Assembly: GCA_002633005.1 (NCBI GenBank)
Contig: NMRA01000080.1
Location: 277,291-341,290, forward strand
DNA: 64,000 bases
Reading direction: 5' to 3'
Origin: Phoronis australis
Lineage: Eukaryota > Animalia > Phoronida
In this document: positions 50,297 to 62,386 of the stretch, piece by piece
Layout: the number at the start of each line of letters is the position of its first letter
Numbering within the stretch: position 1 is the first letter of the stretch
Program-made: the position numbers and the translations under genes
Notes under the pieces: generated by a model
The model's input: the letters and a program-made list of their open reading frames with translations, nothing else
Databases searched by the model: none
Told to the model about the DNA's origin: nothing

Positions 50297-53200
50297 ATGA
50301 ACATCTTTTGTCCTCGAATTTGCCGTCTTATGTCGAGAAGGTTCCACGAAATGGACGCAGTAAATAAGGGTGAAAAAATTGTTAAAGTTCCTCGATTGAC
50401 AAGGGGAGGTAAAGATCATGAATTAATTTATAAATACCTCAATTTCTAGTGTCAGCACGGTGGCGCTTCTTACCGGCCAGTCAATCTCAATGCCCGTGCT
50501 TTCACTTAGAAATTTGTTTTTGCTATTCAGAAGCTGTGTTGCTATAACGGTTAATATTCTCGAGTTTGGGAAGGTGAAAAATTAATTATTTTGGTCAAGG
50601 TCGAAGCTTGTCCCGAATTCTAGAATTGTCAATATTTGGCGTCCCAAATTCAAGAATTATCAGAGACGTAAAATTACGATCTCACTAGGTTGAAAACAAA
50701 TATTCCGAAAGTTGACAAATATGATGAATGTCAAAATTTCCTTTGTTCCGAATTTCAGAATGAAGAAAATTTTTGCGAGAGTTTCTGCATCCCAAATTCT
50801 AAAGACAGTTCCAAATTGGAAAATTTTTATGGAACCAAGTTAACTTGTTGTATATGAATATGACTTGTAGGTTGAAACAGAGCACGTCCAAGTTTGCTCT
50901 CATTTTCGTTCTTTTTAGGAGAAGACCTTTCAAGTGTAGGAAGATACCTTTGGAGGTTTTCAATGTCTGTACTTTCTTACAACTGGAATACTTTTCAAGA
51001 CTGTCCTGGATTACACAGTGACACTCGAATCTCGCTGTATTTACCCACAATGCCATAAACATCCGTCAGGCACATTTGCTGCCTCCTTTTCATGTCACTG
51101 GAGTTTCAAATGTTATTTGTTGTTGTCTGATTCTTTACAAGTTTTTTTTTTTTCGGTTGCATTACTTTATTTACCCTTCCAATACCAACAAAGTATTACT
51201 GCTGTGCTGTGGGCTGCAACTCCAACATGAAAAAGTTTGATATTAAACTGGACAAATACCCGTGAATGCGTGATCTGAAATTGTTCGCCTTCCCAACGTC
51301 AATGAGAATCACGAAAATGTGCCTGATTTCCAATACTAGGTCATGCGCTTTCTTATCTCCAGTACATAGGAGAATTCTGTCGCTGTATAATCCAGGAAGG
51401 CCCTATTGCTATAGGTTCTTCTAGTTTAAACATGGCTTTGATGGTTTATCCTGGGCAAGAGGTGTAATTTGCTGAAAAGCTTCCGATGTATATTTCTCTG
51501 AGCCAGCTTCACATTGTTAGCTTTTGTGTCAATCAATGGATTACTTACAGTAAGTCGCCTGCGATAGCTCGGGACGGTCATAATTCTCCCTTGCTGACTG
51601 AAACTAACCCGTTTGGACAAGCGACTTAGTCAGTCGTGTGTAAACCAATATTTCACTAGTCAGCTCTTAAAAGTCTATAAATCATTTGTAATCTGAGTGA
51701 GTAACAGGATGAGACAGATTTTATAGCAGTAAGCGCCAGCGACGCCAAGTGGTCTAAATCAAAAGCTGTTTGTTGACAAAGAAGTGGGTTTATTGTCCTT
51801 TTATCGCTGTTCGTGGAAGTTAGCTTAGCCGCTATGTTGAAGTGCTCTGCATTTTTAAAATAAAGTTTATTTATTTGATATGAACAACTGACAAAATTGT
51901 CATTTCTATCTTTCTTTAAATCTGGAACAGTATTTTGGTTTTCAAGTTTGTTTTGAGCTCAGGTTCGCTATTTTTGTTAATCCTGGATAGTACAAAGGAT
52001 CACTGATGACCTGAAATCTGTTGGTAACAAAGTAACTGATTTTAATGTACCGTAATAAGGTGTTGGTATAAAACATTAAATATCCTTGTAACTTTGAAAA
52101 TTACATGTTTGTTTTGCATTCACATGTATGTTGACGTTGATGTAAACATTATGCTGATCTTTGGATATGTCACATTATTTCTGGCTTTTAAATTCCATAT
52201 TTAATTAATTGGTTTGGATAAAATTAAGCTCGAGCATTTGGCTTTTGTCCATAATTGATAATTTTTTTATTTTAACTGATTATCGGCCAACCATTAACTG
52301 CATTGTTCCTGTTTCGATCATGAGTCTTGAGAATATTCGTTTTTTACATTAGGTTTAAGTGGATGCATCAAAATCGGTAAAGAGGTCATTCAAAAGGGTG
52401 GGGTAGTGGCCACTCCTACAGATACCATATATGGAATTGCTGGCTCCGCCCAGAACACAGAGGCCATTCACAGGATGTACAACATAAAGAACAGAAACTC
52501 TGCCAATCCATTAGCCATATGTGTTGGTGATATCGAAGATGTGTTCAGGTAATTTTGTTGTTTTTGTACGCCATGCACTCACTGACAAATAGCACTAACA
52601 GTATTTCAAAAACCTGCATTCATAGTCTATAAATAATAACAGCATTTTCTCAATTAATTAATACAATTTATTTTCCCATTTTCTTGTATTTTGACGGTAC
52701 TTAGTGTACGTAATGCAGTGACAGTGATTTTAATGGTCATACTACTACTGACAAAGCTGATTTAACAGTAATGATGGTGACAGGTGTGGGGAATATTGTT
52801 GTCTTGATTGAGATGTTCCTTTCATACACCGTAGGTTGTGTGAAATGTGTTAGAGATACTCTTTCCACATCAGTTTTTAACGATTGTTCAGCCGAAACAT
52901 GTCCAAATAATACTCATGCAACACAACTCCAATTATTTTCAAACTTAACTGATTAATATGAGTTGTTTAGATTTATTTTTATTTTTGGTGGTGCGCCACC
53001 ACATATAATGGTCGCTGTAGTGAGTGATAGCTGACTCATGCACTACTCAGTCAATGTAATGTGGCTTATGGGATTTCCCGTCTACTTTTTAAAAAACTTC
53101 AAGAAAAGTAGTAGTAAAAAAATCAAACATGAAGAAGATGCTATGTCTCATTAAAACAGTGAATATTTAAATTTGTAGCAAGCACCACCTAGTGACTTCC

Positions 53201-56200
53201 TAGAGAACTGTGTATACAAGTATGAGGAAAAGAAACAATTTGTAAATAAATTGCGGTTTTAATCTAAACCTCACATCTGATACTGTAGCACTTAAAGCAA
53301 GTGTGAACATATAAAAAATAATATATGTAACAGAGCAAGTCTCCACTGAACATCAAAAATATGTATTTCCTCTCATCAGGCATACGTTTCAGTTCAATTG
53401 CACATGATAACGATCAATTTTCATGAAAGCAAAGGAAGGAAACAACGTTCTCCTAAGCCTGTCGCTAGCGAAGTGCCCGACACATACAGTCGTGCCCACA
53501 TGCCCACGTAACAAAGGCGCACTGAGACGCAACAAAGACATTAGCATAAGAATAACTGAACATTTACAACTAAATAAGAATAACAATAAGCGTAAAGTTA
53601 CGAACGTCCCGTCACATATATATAGTGAAATAAACAAATAATGAAAACTGTGCCTTGTTTCATTAAGGTAACGATGAAATGTTGCCATACTCATTTACAA
53701 AAAAAATAGTCTCGCAAAACAAGACTTTCACGAGACTGTAATGGTAACTGGTTCTCGAATGGTTTCCGGCACACCACAAGACATGCGGTTGTTTGTAAAC
53801 TAGTACTTCCTTTGCATATTCACGATTAATGAGACATAGCATCTTTAAAAGTTACGAAATGTTTGTGTTGTAATATTTTTTGACTGACGGAACTCGTCCT
53901 GTGTTCTCAGTTGGTGAATTTAAAGAAAAGAGTTTCTTTAAGACAGTTCGGAACGTTATAAACACGACTGATCTGGTTTCCAAGGAAAAACTATAAACCA
54001 TGAGTCTATACCAAACTTTCAGGCCATTAAGATGAGTATTTGTTTCAGAACTTTATATTGATTTCTGGTGAAATCTGCAGTTGACAAGTTATGATATTTG
54101 CTAAATCTCTAATGGGACATCGGTGCTTATGTTACCAGTGCATGGTCTGTTGTTCTATTTCAACTAAATCTGGTCACGTTAGGCCAATTTTTGAGTTGAT
54201 TAGCAAGGCATCTGATTGGTTAATATGCTTAAAGTTGTCACTGAGAATCAATCAAATAACATGTTTCATGGCTGCACCTGATTGACTTTGCTGGTTCCAC
54301 CGGGTCAACTGGCCAAGATTGGTTCTCGGTGACAACTTCCAACCTATGAACCAATCAGATGTCTTAGCTGGTTTACTCCGTTGAAGTGGGAAAATGAATC
54401 GAGTGCAACCATTGTGTTCAATCTCATATTCCAGTCTGACTTCACTGTAGACCCCGTTCCTTCCAGGTGGTGTGACGTTTGTGTTGGTAGTGAAATTCTG
54501 TCAGATCTGCTGCCGGGTCCAGTCACATTGTTGTTTGAACGAACAAAGGCACTCAATCGCCAGCTCAACCCGGACACATTCCTCGTTGGTGTGCGCATCC
54601 CAGACCAACCATTCATCAGAGGTCTAGCCAGAGCTGCTGGCCCACTGGCACTCACCAGTGCTAACATAAGCTCACTACAAAGCACACTGGATGTTTCGGT
54701 GAGTGGCCTAATTGAACGACATTCCGTGACAACCATAAACAAATCATCTGAGCAGCTGTTACCATCACGATAACTCAAAATCTGTTGTCTGCCAGCCTTC
54801 AGTCAAAAAGCTAAGCATTTCTTTTTGACCACTTACTGGACAAAACTGTTTACTCCTTATGTCATACTCAAGCCTGGAGTCTGTTTTATATAAAGTGACT
54901 TAAAGAGGTGTGGAACGCGAAAGCTCACCAAAATATCTTTTAAACAATTCCCGACGAAAGTACCATCTTGCAACATGTAGTACAGAGCAATTCACTTCCC
55001 CTATGCAGAGAAAATTTCCAGAAAAAATCACAAAATTCACGATTTTTGTAATATGCGCAATGGAATAACTCTGTGGTTACCACAGAGTCTCTAATCTGGG
55101 CGCATGCAGTTGCTTGAAGTCGCTTGAGGTCAAAGGTCACGTATTACTTGTAAAGGAAATGTGGTGCATCCATGTTTTGCCATACCAAATGAGACGTGCT
55201 TTGCCTTATGGAAGAAAAATCGACGAAGTGATGTGTAGTTGACAGATCGTTTTTTGAAATTTGAAACTAAAAGAAAATGCTTTAATATCAACAGAAATTT
55301 ACGAACAAACCATAATAATCCCTGGTGAGCTGGTTGAATTATGTTTCAGTGGCAGAGAACCACTTTCGATATTGCAATTTAGTCTGTCTATCGCGTTCTA
55401 TGCCTCTTTAAGACTTAAGACTGAAGTTTGGTCTTACGCTCCACACAACCATTTCTCTTTTGTCCAAAGTCTCTGAGATTGTGCTGATAACTGCTAATCA
55501 CTGAGACAGTTTATACGAATTATTTTTATAATGTGATGTGCTATTGGTTACTTAGTTAATCCTTTTTTCAGCTACGATGAAGTGGGAGTGTGATATCAGG
55601 TCCCAGTCTCTAATCTTTGTACTCGAAACGAACTCGAAACTATTTTTGGCAATTTCTCTGCTCCTTTTGTGCGAACTTAAGGTAATTGGTTATCAGTCTG
55701 TGCTCGAATACATTATAGTTTATGCATAGGAGTTTCTAGTTCAAGTTTGCCCTTGAAGACCCTGATATTCATGCTACAAACTCGAGTAAAAACTCGAAAT
55801 TTTTAGTTCAAACTCGAACTTATTGCTTTAATATTGGGTTTACAAACTGTGAACTAAGGGCAATAAATTATGTACGTAAGTTATTGTGTACTCGAGCATA
55901 GAATAATAGACACTTATCTGGAGTTCGCCCAAAAGTAGAGTAGAAAATGCCAAACCTAATTTCGAGTTCCATTTCGAGTAAAAAGATTGGAGACCGGGCC
56001 CAGATTTTATAAAACAGGAAATGATTTCTAGGCTTGGGAGGTAGTGGCAGTGTGATACTTGTTGCTTGAGACCAAGCTAAGAAAGTTATTGGTGTATCAC
56101 TGGTCATGTCATGTGCCAACCATGCTGGTGGTGTTCGTTATCAAACATTAGAGGGAGTTACTAGTGGCTACATGTATTGCTTTTGGGACAAGAATCACTT

Positions 56201-59200
56201 ACAGGGACTCGCAGTTTGAGAACCAGTTTGATGCCCGTTTCTTAGTGGAGAAGACTGGTTCTTAAAATGCGGGATTCCTGTAAGGGCTGTTCCAGCAAAA
56301 TCTGTATGGGAGGGGGGGAAGGCACTTTTATTTCGTACCCACCGCCCATATTTTTCATTTATTTCTCCAACCCATGACCCATAATTTTTTAATTATTTTT
56401 AATAGGTTAAAATATAAAATCCAAAACTTGCAAACAGATTGCCTCCAGGAGGACCTGTTAATAACTTAGATGATTGACAGACAAGAACTAGTTGTCTTGT
56501 CCAATATTGTCAAAAATTAAAGAAGCCTGTGAACAATACTTTTGGCAGCCACCAGGTGTCTCTGTTCACCATGTGTCTATAATTTCAATGAACATTTTTT
56601 CAATTATAAGGATCTATGAATCTCAAACTGTCTCCACAAACTCTTTTATACTTCTATGTCAAGTGAATATTGGAACTTGTTTATCTTACTCCTCATACTT
56701 TTTATTTAAAAATCATCAATTTTCTTATATGTGTTAACACCAGTTTAGTGTTGCATAACTTTTCAATTCAATAGGACTGCAGACAAGCACTTNGCACAGA
56801 ATCAAAAACTGAAACAAAAATGCAACTTGCAAAAAGCTCCAACTTTTTCACTCCCTCCGATCTCCCCATTGGCATGCCCATAACACCAGTCAACCACAGG
56901 CGCTCGAATTTCTCGATGGCTAATAACCATATATAAGAAACATATGTTTTCTTAGTAATGAATGACCTTAGTGGTGATAGAGGAACAGATAAACTCAGGC
57001 GCCTGTGCAGTCAACCACAAGAACAAAAAAAATTACGGGTGGTTGCATTTCAAACTTAAAAAAAATTACGGGTGGTAGGCTGAAGAAATAAATGAAAAAT
57101 ATGGGTGGTAGGTGCGAAAAAAAGGCGCCTTCCCCCCCTCCCATACAGATTTTACTGGAACAGCCCTGAGTTGTTTAGATTTATTTTTATTTTTGGTGGT
57201 GCGCCACCACATATAATGGTCGCTGTAGTGAGTGATAGCTGACTCATGCACTACTCAGTCAATGTAATGTGGCTTATGCGATTTCCCGTCTACTTTTTAA
57301 AAAACTTCAAGAAAAGTAGTAGTAAAATAATCAAACATGAAGAAGATGCTATGTCTCATTAAAACCGAGAATATTTAAATTTGTAGCAAGCACCACCTAG
57401 TGACTTCCTAGAGAACTGTGTATACAAATATGAGGAAAAGAAACAATTTGTAAATAAATTGCGGTTTTAATCTAAACCTCACATCTGATACTGTAACACT
57501 TAAAGCAAGTGTGAACATATAAAAACCATAGTAATTCTAAATATTGCACAATTGTTATTTGATAATGAAATAAACAAATAATAAAAACTGTGCCTTGTTT
57601 CATTAGGGTAACGATGAAATGTTGCCATACTCATTTACAAAAAAATAGTCTCGCAAAACGAGACTTTCACGAGACTGTAATGGTAACTGGTTCTCGAATG
57701 GTTTCCGGCACACCACAAGACATGCGGTTGTTTGTAAACTAGTACTTCATTTGCGTATTTACGATTTAATGAGACATAGCATCTTTAAAAGTTACGAAAT
57801 GTTTGTGTTGTAATATTTTTTGACTGACGGAACTCGTCCTGTGTTCTCAATTGGTGAATTTAAAGAAAAGAGTTTCTTTAAGACAGTTCAGCACATTATA
57901 AACACGACTGATCTGGTTTCCAAGAAAAAACTATAAACCATGAGTTTCTACCAAACTTTCAGGCCATTAAGATGAGTATTTGTTTCAGAACTTTATATTG
58001 ATTTCTGGTGAAATCTGCAGTTGACAAGTTCTGATATTTGCTAAAACCTCTAATGGGACATCAGTGCTTATGTTACCAGTGCATGGTCTCGTGTTCTGTT
58101 TCAACTAAATGTGATCACGTTAGGCCAATTTTTGAGTTGATTAGCAAGGCATCTGATTGGTTAATCAATCAAATAACATGTTTCATGGCTGCACCTGATT
58201 GACTTTGCTGGTTCCACCGGGTCAACTGGCCAAGACTGGTTCTCGGTGACAACCTATGAACCAATCAGATGTCTTAGCTGCTTTACTCCGTTGAAGTAGC
58301 GAAATGAATCGAGTGCAACCATTGTGTTCAATCTCATATTCCAGTTTGACTTCACTGTAGATCCCGTTTCTTCCAGGTGGTGTGACGTTTGTGTTGGTAG
58401 TGAAATTCTGTCAGATCTGCTGCCGGGTCCAGTCACATTGTTGTTTGAACGAACAAAGGCACTCAATCGTCAGCTCAACCCGGACACATTCCTCGTTGGT
58501 GTGCGCATCCCAGACCAACCATTCATCAGAGGTCTAGCCAGAGCTGCTGGCCCACTGGCACTCACCAGTGCTAACATAAGCTCACTACAAAGCACACTGG
58601 ATGTTTCGGTGAGTGGTCTAATTGAACGACATTCCATGACAACCATAAACAAATCATCTGAGCAGCTGTTATCATCACGATAACTCAAAATCTGTTGTGT
58701 GCCAGCCTTCAGTCAAAAAGCTAAGCATTTCTTTTTGACCACTTACTGGACAAAGCTGTTTACTCCTTATGTCATACTCAAGCCTGAAGTCTGTTTTATG
58801 TTTATGTAAAGTGACTTAAAGAGGTGTGGAATGCGAAAGCTCACCAAAATATCTTTTAAGCAATTCCCGATGAAATTACCATCTCGCAACATGTAGTACA
58901 GAGTAATTCACTTCCCCTATACAGAGAAGATTTCCAGAAAAAATCACAAAATTCACGATTTTTGAAATATTCGCAATGGAATAACTCTGTGGTTACCACA
59001 GAGTCTCTAATCTCCCTCCCACTTAGGATAAATGGGCACATGCAGTTGGCTGAAGTCGCTTGAGGTCAAAGGTATTACATGTAAAGGAAATGTGCATCCA
59101 TGTTTTGCCATACCAAATGAGACGTGCTTTGCCTTGTGGAAGAAAAACCGATGAAGTGACGTGTAGTTGACAGATCGTTTTTTGAAATTTGAAACTAAAA

Positions 59201-62200
59201 GTAAATGCTTTGATATCAACAGAAATTTACGAACAAACCGTAATAATACCTGGTGAGCTGGTTGAATTATGTTTCAGTGGCAGAGAACCACTTTCAATAT
59301 TGCAATTTAGTCTGTCTATCGCGTTCTATGCCTCTTTAAGACTTCAGACTGAAGTTTGGTCTTACGCTCCACACAACCATTTCTGAAATATAATTTAGTC
59401 TCACTTGTCCAACGTCTCTGAGATTGTGCTAATAGCTGCTAATCAGTGAGATAGTTTATACGAATTATTTCTAGAATGTGATGTGCTATTGGTTACTTAG
59501 CTAATCCTTTTTTCAGCTACGGTGAAGTGGGAGTGAGAGATCAGATTTTATAAAACAGGAAATGATTTCTAGGCTTAGGAGGTAGTGGCAGTGTGATACT
59601 TGTTGCTTGAGACCAAGCTAAGAAAGTTATTGTTGTATCACTGGTCATGTCATGTGCCAACCATGCTGGTGGTGTCCGTTACCAACACTAGAGGGAGTTA
59701 CTAGTGGCTACATGTATTGCTTTTGGGACAATAATCACTTACAGGGACTCGCATTTTGAGAACCAGTTTGATGCCCGTTTCTTAGTGGAGAAGACTGGTT
59801 CTTAAAATGCGGGATTCCTGTAAGTGACTATTCATACGGTTCTTGGCAGGCGAAATGGCCAGCCAACTCATGCCAAACTTACTGAACCTGGGCCTTTTTA
59901 CCTGGCCTCGACCAATACCAACGTTAGTTTTTCCTACGGTCAGAATATTCTTCTAGTGCTGGGGTGCCATTCGCTGAATTCGAAATTTGGCCTGATTGGA
60001 TACCAAGAATAGAATAAACTTTTAATTTGTGCTTGGATCATGGAATGCATTCAGTTAAATTTCAATTCTGAGCATTTCAGTTTTATTTCTAAGTCATTTC
60101 CCTGGGTGTATTTTCCATTATTTTAATAAAAGAATTCCATCCAATTTGGCACATTTTTTCGTCACATTATGCATTGTTCTGATTGGAGTATTGATTTTTG
60201 GATTGTTGTTACGGAACCAAGAAATGAAGTAGTCCCTAGAAATTTTGGAACATGGGCCCTTGTGTCCCCAGTGTTTGGAAGTGAACACTGCTATTGAGAT
60301 TTGTTCAAAACGAATCTCTTCATTTATTAGGAATTCCAAGACCTTTGGCCCAAGTTGGATTTGATATTCGACAGTGGTAGGATAATGGATTCCATGGAAT
60401 CAAGGCTGGGATCAACTGTTGTTGACTTGTCGAAGTCAGGAGAATTCAAAATAGTCCGAAAAGGCTGGTAAGTGTCTCACTGGCATGCTTTATACTTTCT
60501 ATAGACAGCACACACGTCAAAAGTGGACTGACTATCACACTCCTCTGGGGTAACACCCATGCATGGCTTACGGACCAGCCCAAAAATTTACAAATTTTCA
60601 ATTTCAAGCGGTTTACCACCTACCCCCAATTTATTTGACCGAGTCTTCCTTAAAAGGGCCCGTCTCATCAGAATTTTAGCACTCAAAAAGTTCACCGCTC
60701 ACTTTGAGTTATAGACTGGCAGTTTCAGCAGAAACTTGCCGTATCAAGGCGGGAAAACGCACGTACTTTCTGGTCTTTACTGAAGGAGTAACGAATTGGT
60801 TCTTTTGGCATACGCACACTAATATTACGGTAATAATGTACAAAGAACAAACGTGATAGAGTTCGCGTAAGCTCATTGCACATGCAATGTTTATATCAAA
60901 AAATTTAAAGAAGTGCTACATGAAAAGCTACTCCCGTGAGCAACCATTCCATTCTATATGCTAGACCCCATACTTCAGTGTGTACAACCCCCTGATGTTT
61001 TATTTGACAGTTGCTCGTGAAGTCCAACGTCAATGAAAGTCATTGGGCATACGCCAGATCAACCATTCGCTGATCTTTGTGTTTGCCAATTAATTCGCTT
61101 TTGGCGGTAACCCGGATGAGCATGACAAATGACCCAAAATTCTCGTGGCGACGGCAAAAAAGAGTCTGTCGTAACAGCTGTTCAAAATGGCAAGGAATGA
61201 CCTAAAATTAACTGGAATGATAACTGTGTGGAAGCAATACGTACGTATTCCATACTTGTCTGGGAGTCATTGCCAAACCTTTTGACTGCACATTAAAAAT
61301 TCTTCAATTTGGACCAAACTAATTGCTAAAATTGCCATATTTCTATTTCTCAGAGACTTGCCACATTGTTGCTAATGCTAAAAATTTACCGAATGTTGTT
61401 TCGTAATAGCCACACCATACAAACCTCGCCAAAAGCAAAGTAAATTTTCCGAAAATTTCTTTTTGTTGAGAAATTTGACAAAATGAAATACAATCGGTCC
61501 GCCATGCTGTGTCCCAAACTGAAGAATTTTTACGGTAAACAGAATTAGCAGTCATTTCGAGGAAACAGAATTTTGCCTGATTACTTTTCGTGTCTTGTAG
61601 TTTTTGTGGCACAGTGACCATCTACTACCACTGTTCTTGTAAATAACTTGGTGGTGGTGGGTTTTAAGCTCGATGCTGCATTTAAGCTATCAAGATTGTG
61701 TCAGTTCGTGGTTGGTGACCTGTTCATATTCTAACGGTTACAGAGCATTTTTAAGTCTGGTCGTTACGCCACCTAATGACCTATTTCAACGCCGTTTCAA
61801 GATTCACATATTTATTCTAAAGGTTACTTGAAAAATCCAGATCGCATAATATTGCTTGAACTAAAGTGCAACATGTTTGTATACCTCAAAAGCTGAGCTT
61901 CACTAAATGTTCAGTCTGTGGAAATATTGTTTGCACACACCATGTTATGTCAACTCGCACACAGTGCCCTCTAGTGATGGACTATGTGAAGAAGTGGTAT
62001 CAAGTCTACACCTTAATTAAAATAATTTCGGCTGTCTTTTTAACAAAGTCATAAGTCTCGGTCAATAAATGTAAAAAATATCCATTTAGTATATACTTTT
62101 TGATTCTAATTTAATGTTGCATAGGTAGAGCTAAAGCTTTTGACAAACAATTTTAATGTCTGGGATATTTATGCTTCAATGCAGTAATGGTCTGATATAA

Positions 62201-62386
62201 CATGCCCGAATTTTGAGAACCAGTTTTCTACACTGAATAAGGGGCATCAAACTGGTTCTCAAAATACGGTCACGTTATGTCAGACTATTTCCCTTTAATG
62301 CAGTGCATTTTCTTGTTTAAAGTGCTTACGATGCAACAGTGAAAGTGCTGAAGGAGAAGCATGGGCTACAAGAACGAAGTTCGTAA
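50297..62386 (+). CDS. YRDC: YRDC/Sua5/TsaC threonylcarbamoyl-AMP synthase (t6A37 biosynthesis), 246 aa
   Basis: Exons 50297-50408, 52353-52548, 54467-54698 (duplicate 58377-58608), 60331-60467 and 62323-62386 are phase consistent. Motifs: VVATPTDTIYG, IKNRNSANPLAICV, LLPGPVTL, VGVRIPD, PLALTSANIS, LGSTVVDLS, IVRKGC. Exon 1 is inferred from phase match and its presequence-like composition. Confidence 0.93.
51180..51410 (+). mobile_element. THAP relic, second copy
   Basis: PTKYYCCAVGCNSN..YP*MRDLKLFAFPTS; shares the end motif GGCCCTATTGC with the 12108 copy. Confidence 0.6.
53326..53616. mobile_element. Possible solo LTR (291 bp)
   Basis: TGTAAC...GTCACA termini flanked by TATA on both sides; absent from the duplicate copy. 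Confidence 0.5.
55600..56000. mobile_element. MITE with 3-bp CAG target-site duplication
   Basis: TIRs GTCCCAGTCTCTAATCTTTGTACTCGAAA / TTTCGAGTAAAAAGATTGGAGACCGGGCC, with CAG on both sides. The empty site gatcagatttt is seen in the duplicate copy near 59542. Confidence 0.85.
56284..57166. mobile_element. Non-autonomous TIR DNA transposon (PIF/Harbinger-like termini), contains N at 56793
   Basis: TIR GGGCTGTTCCAG(C/T)AAAATCTGTATGGGAGGGGGGGAAGGC, with further subterminal inverted similarity. Flanked by TAA on the left and TGA on the right. Confidence 0.85.
58377..58608 (+). CDS. YRDC: Second copy of YRDC exon 3
   Basis: Copy of 54467-54698 with one synonymous change (CGC/CGT) and intact splice sites. 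Confidence 0.8.
62189..62287. mobile_element. About 100-bp palindromic MITE (core TTTTGAGAACCAGTTT); relatives at about 56196-56283 and 59735-59830
   Basis: Long imperfect inverted repeat of about 39 bp per arm; the same core occurs in the opposite orientation in the other copies. Confidence 0.65.

Larger units (their letters stand above)
52959..59823. repeat. Direct duplication (52959-56283 and 57167-59823) of the YRDC exon-3 region, separated by a TIR element
   Basis: Both units begin tgagttgtttagattt and end gggattcctgtaa. They are colinear, and copy 1 carries two extra insertions. Confidence 0.95.

Noticed and set aside
54344-58688. Minus-strand ORFs over YRDC exon 3, and treating the two exon copies as two YRDC genes
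   Set aside because: The ORFs are antisense shadows; only one exon is duplicated while exons 1, 2, 4 and 5 are single.
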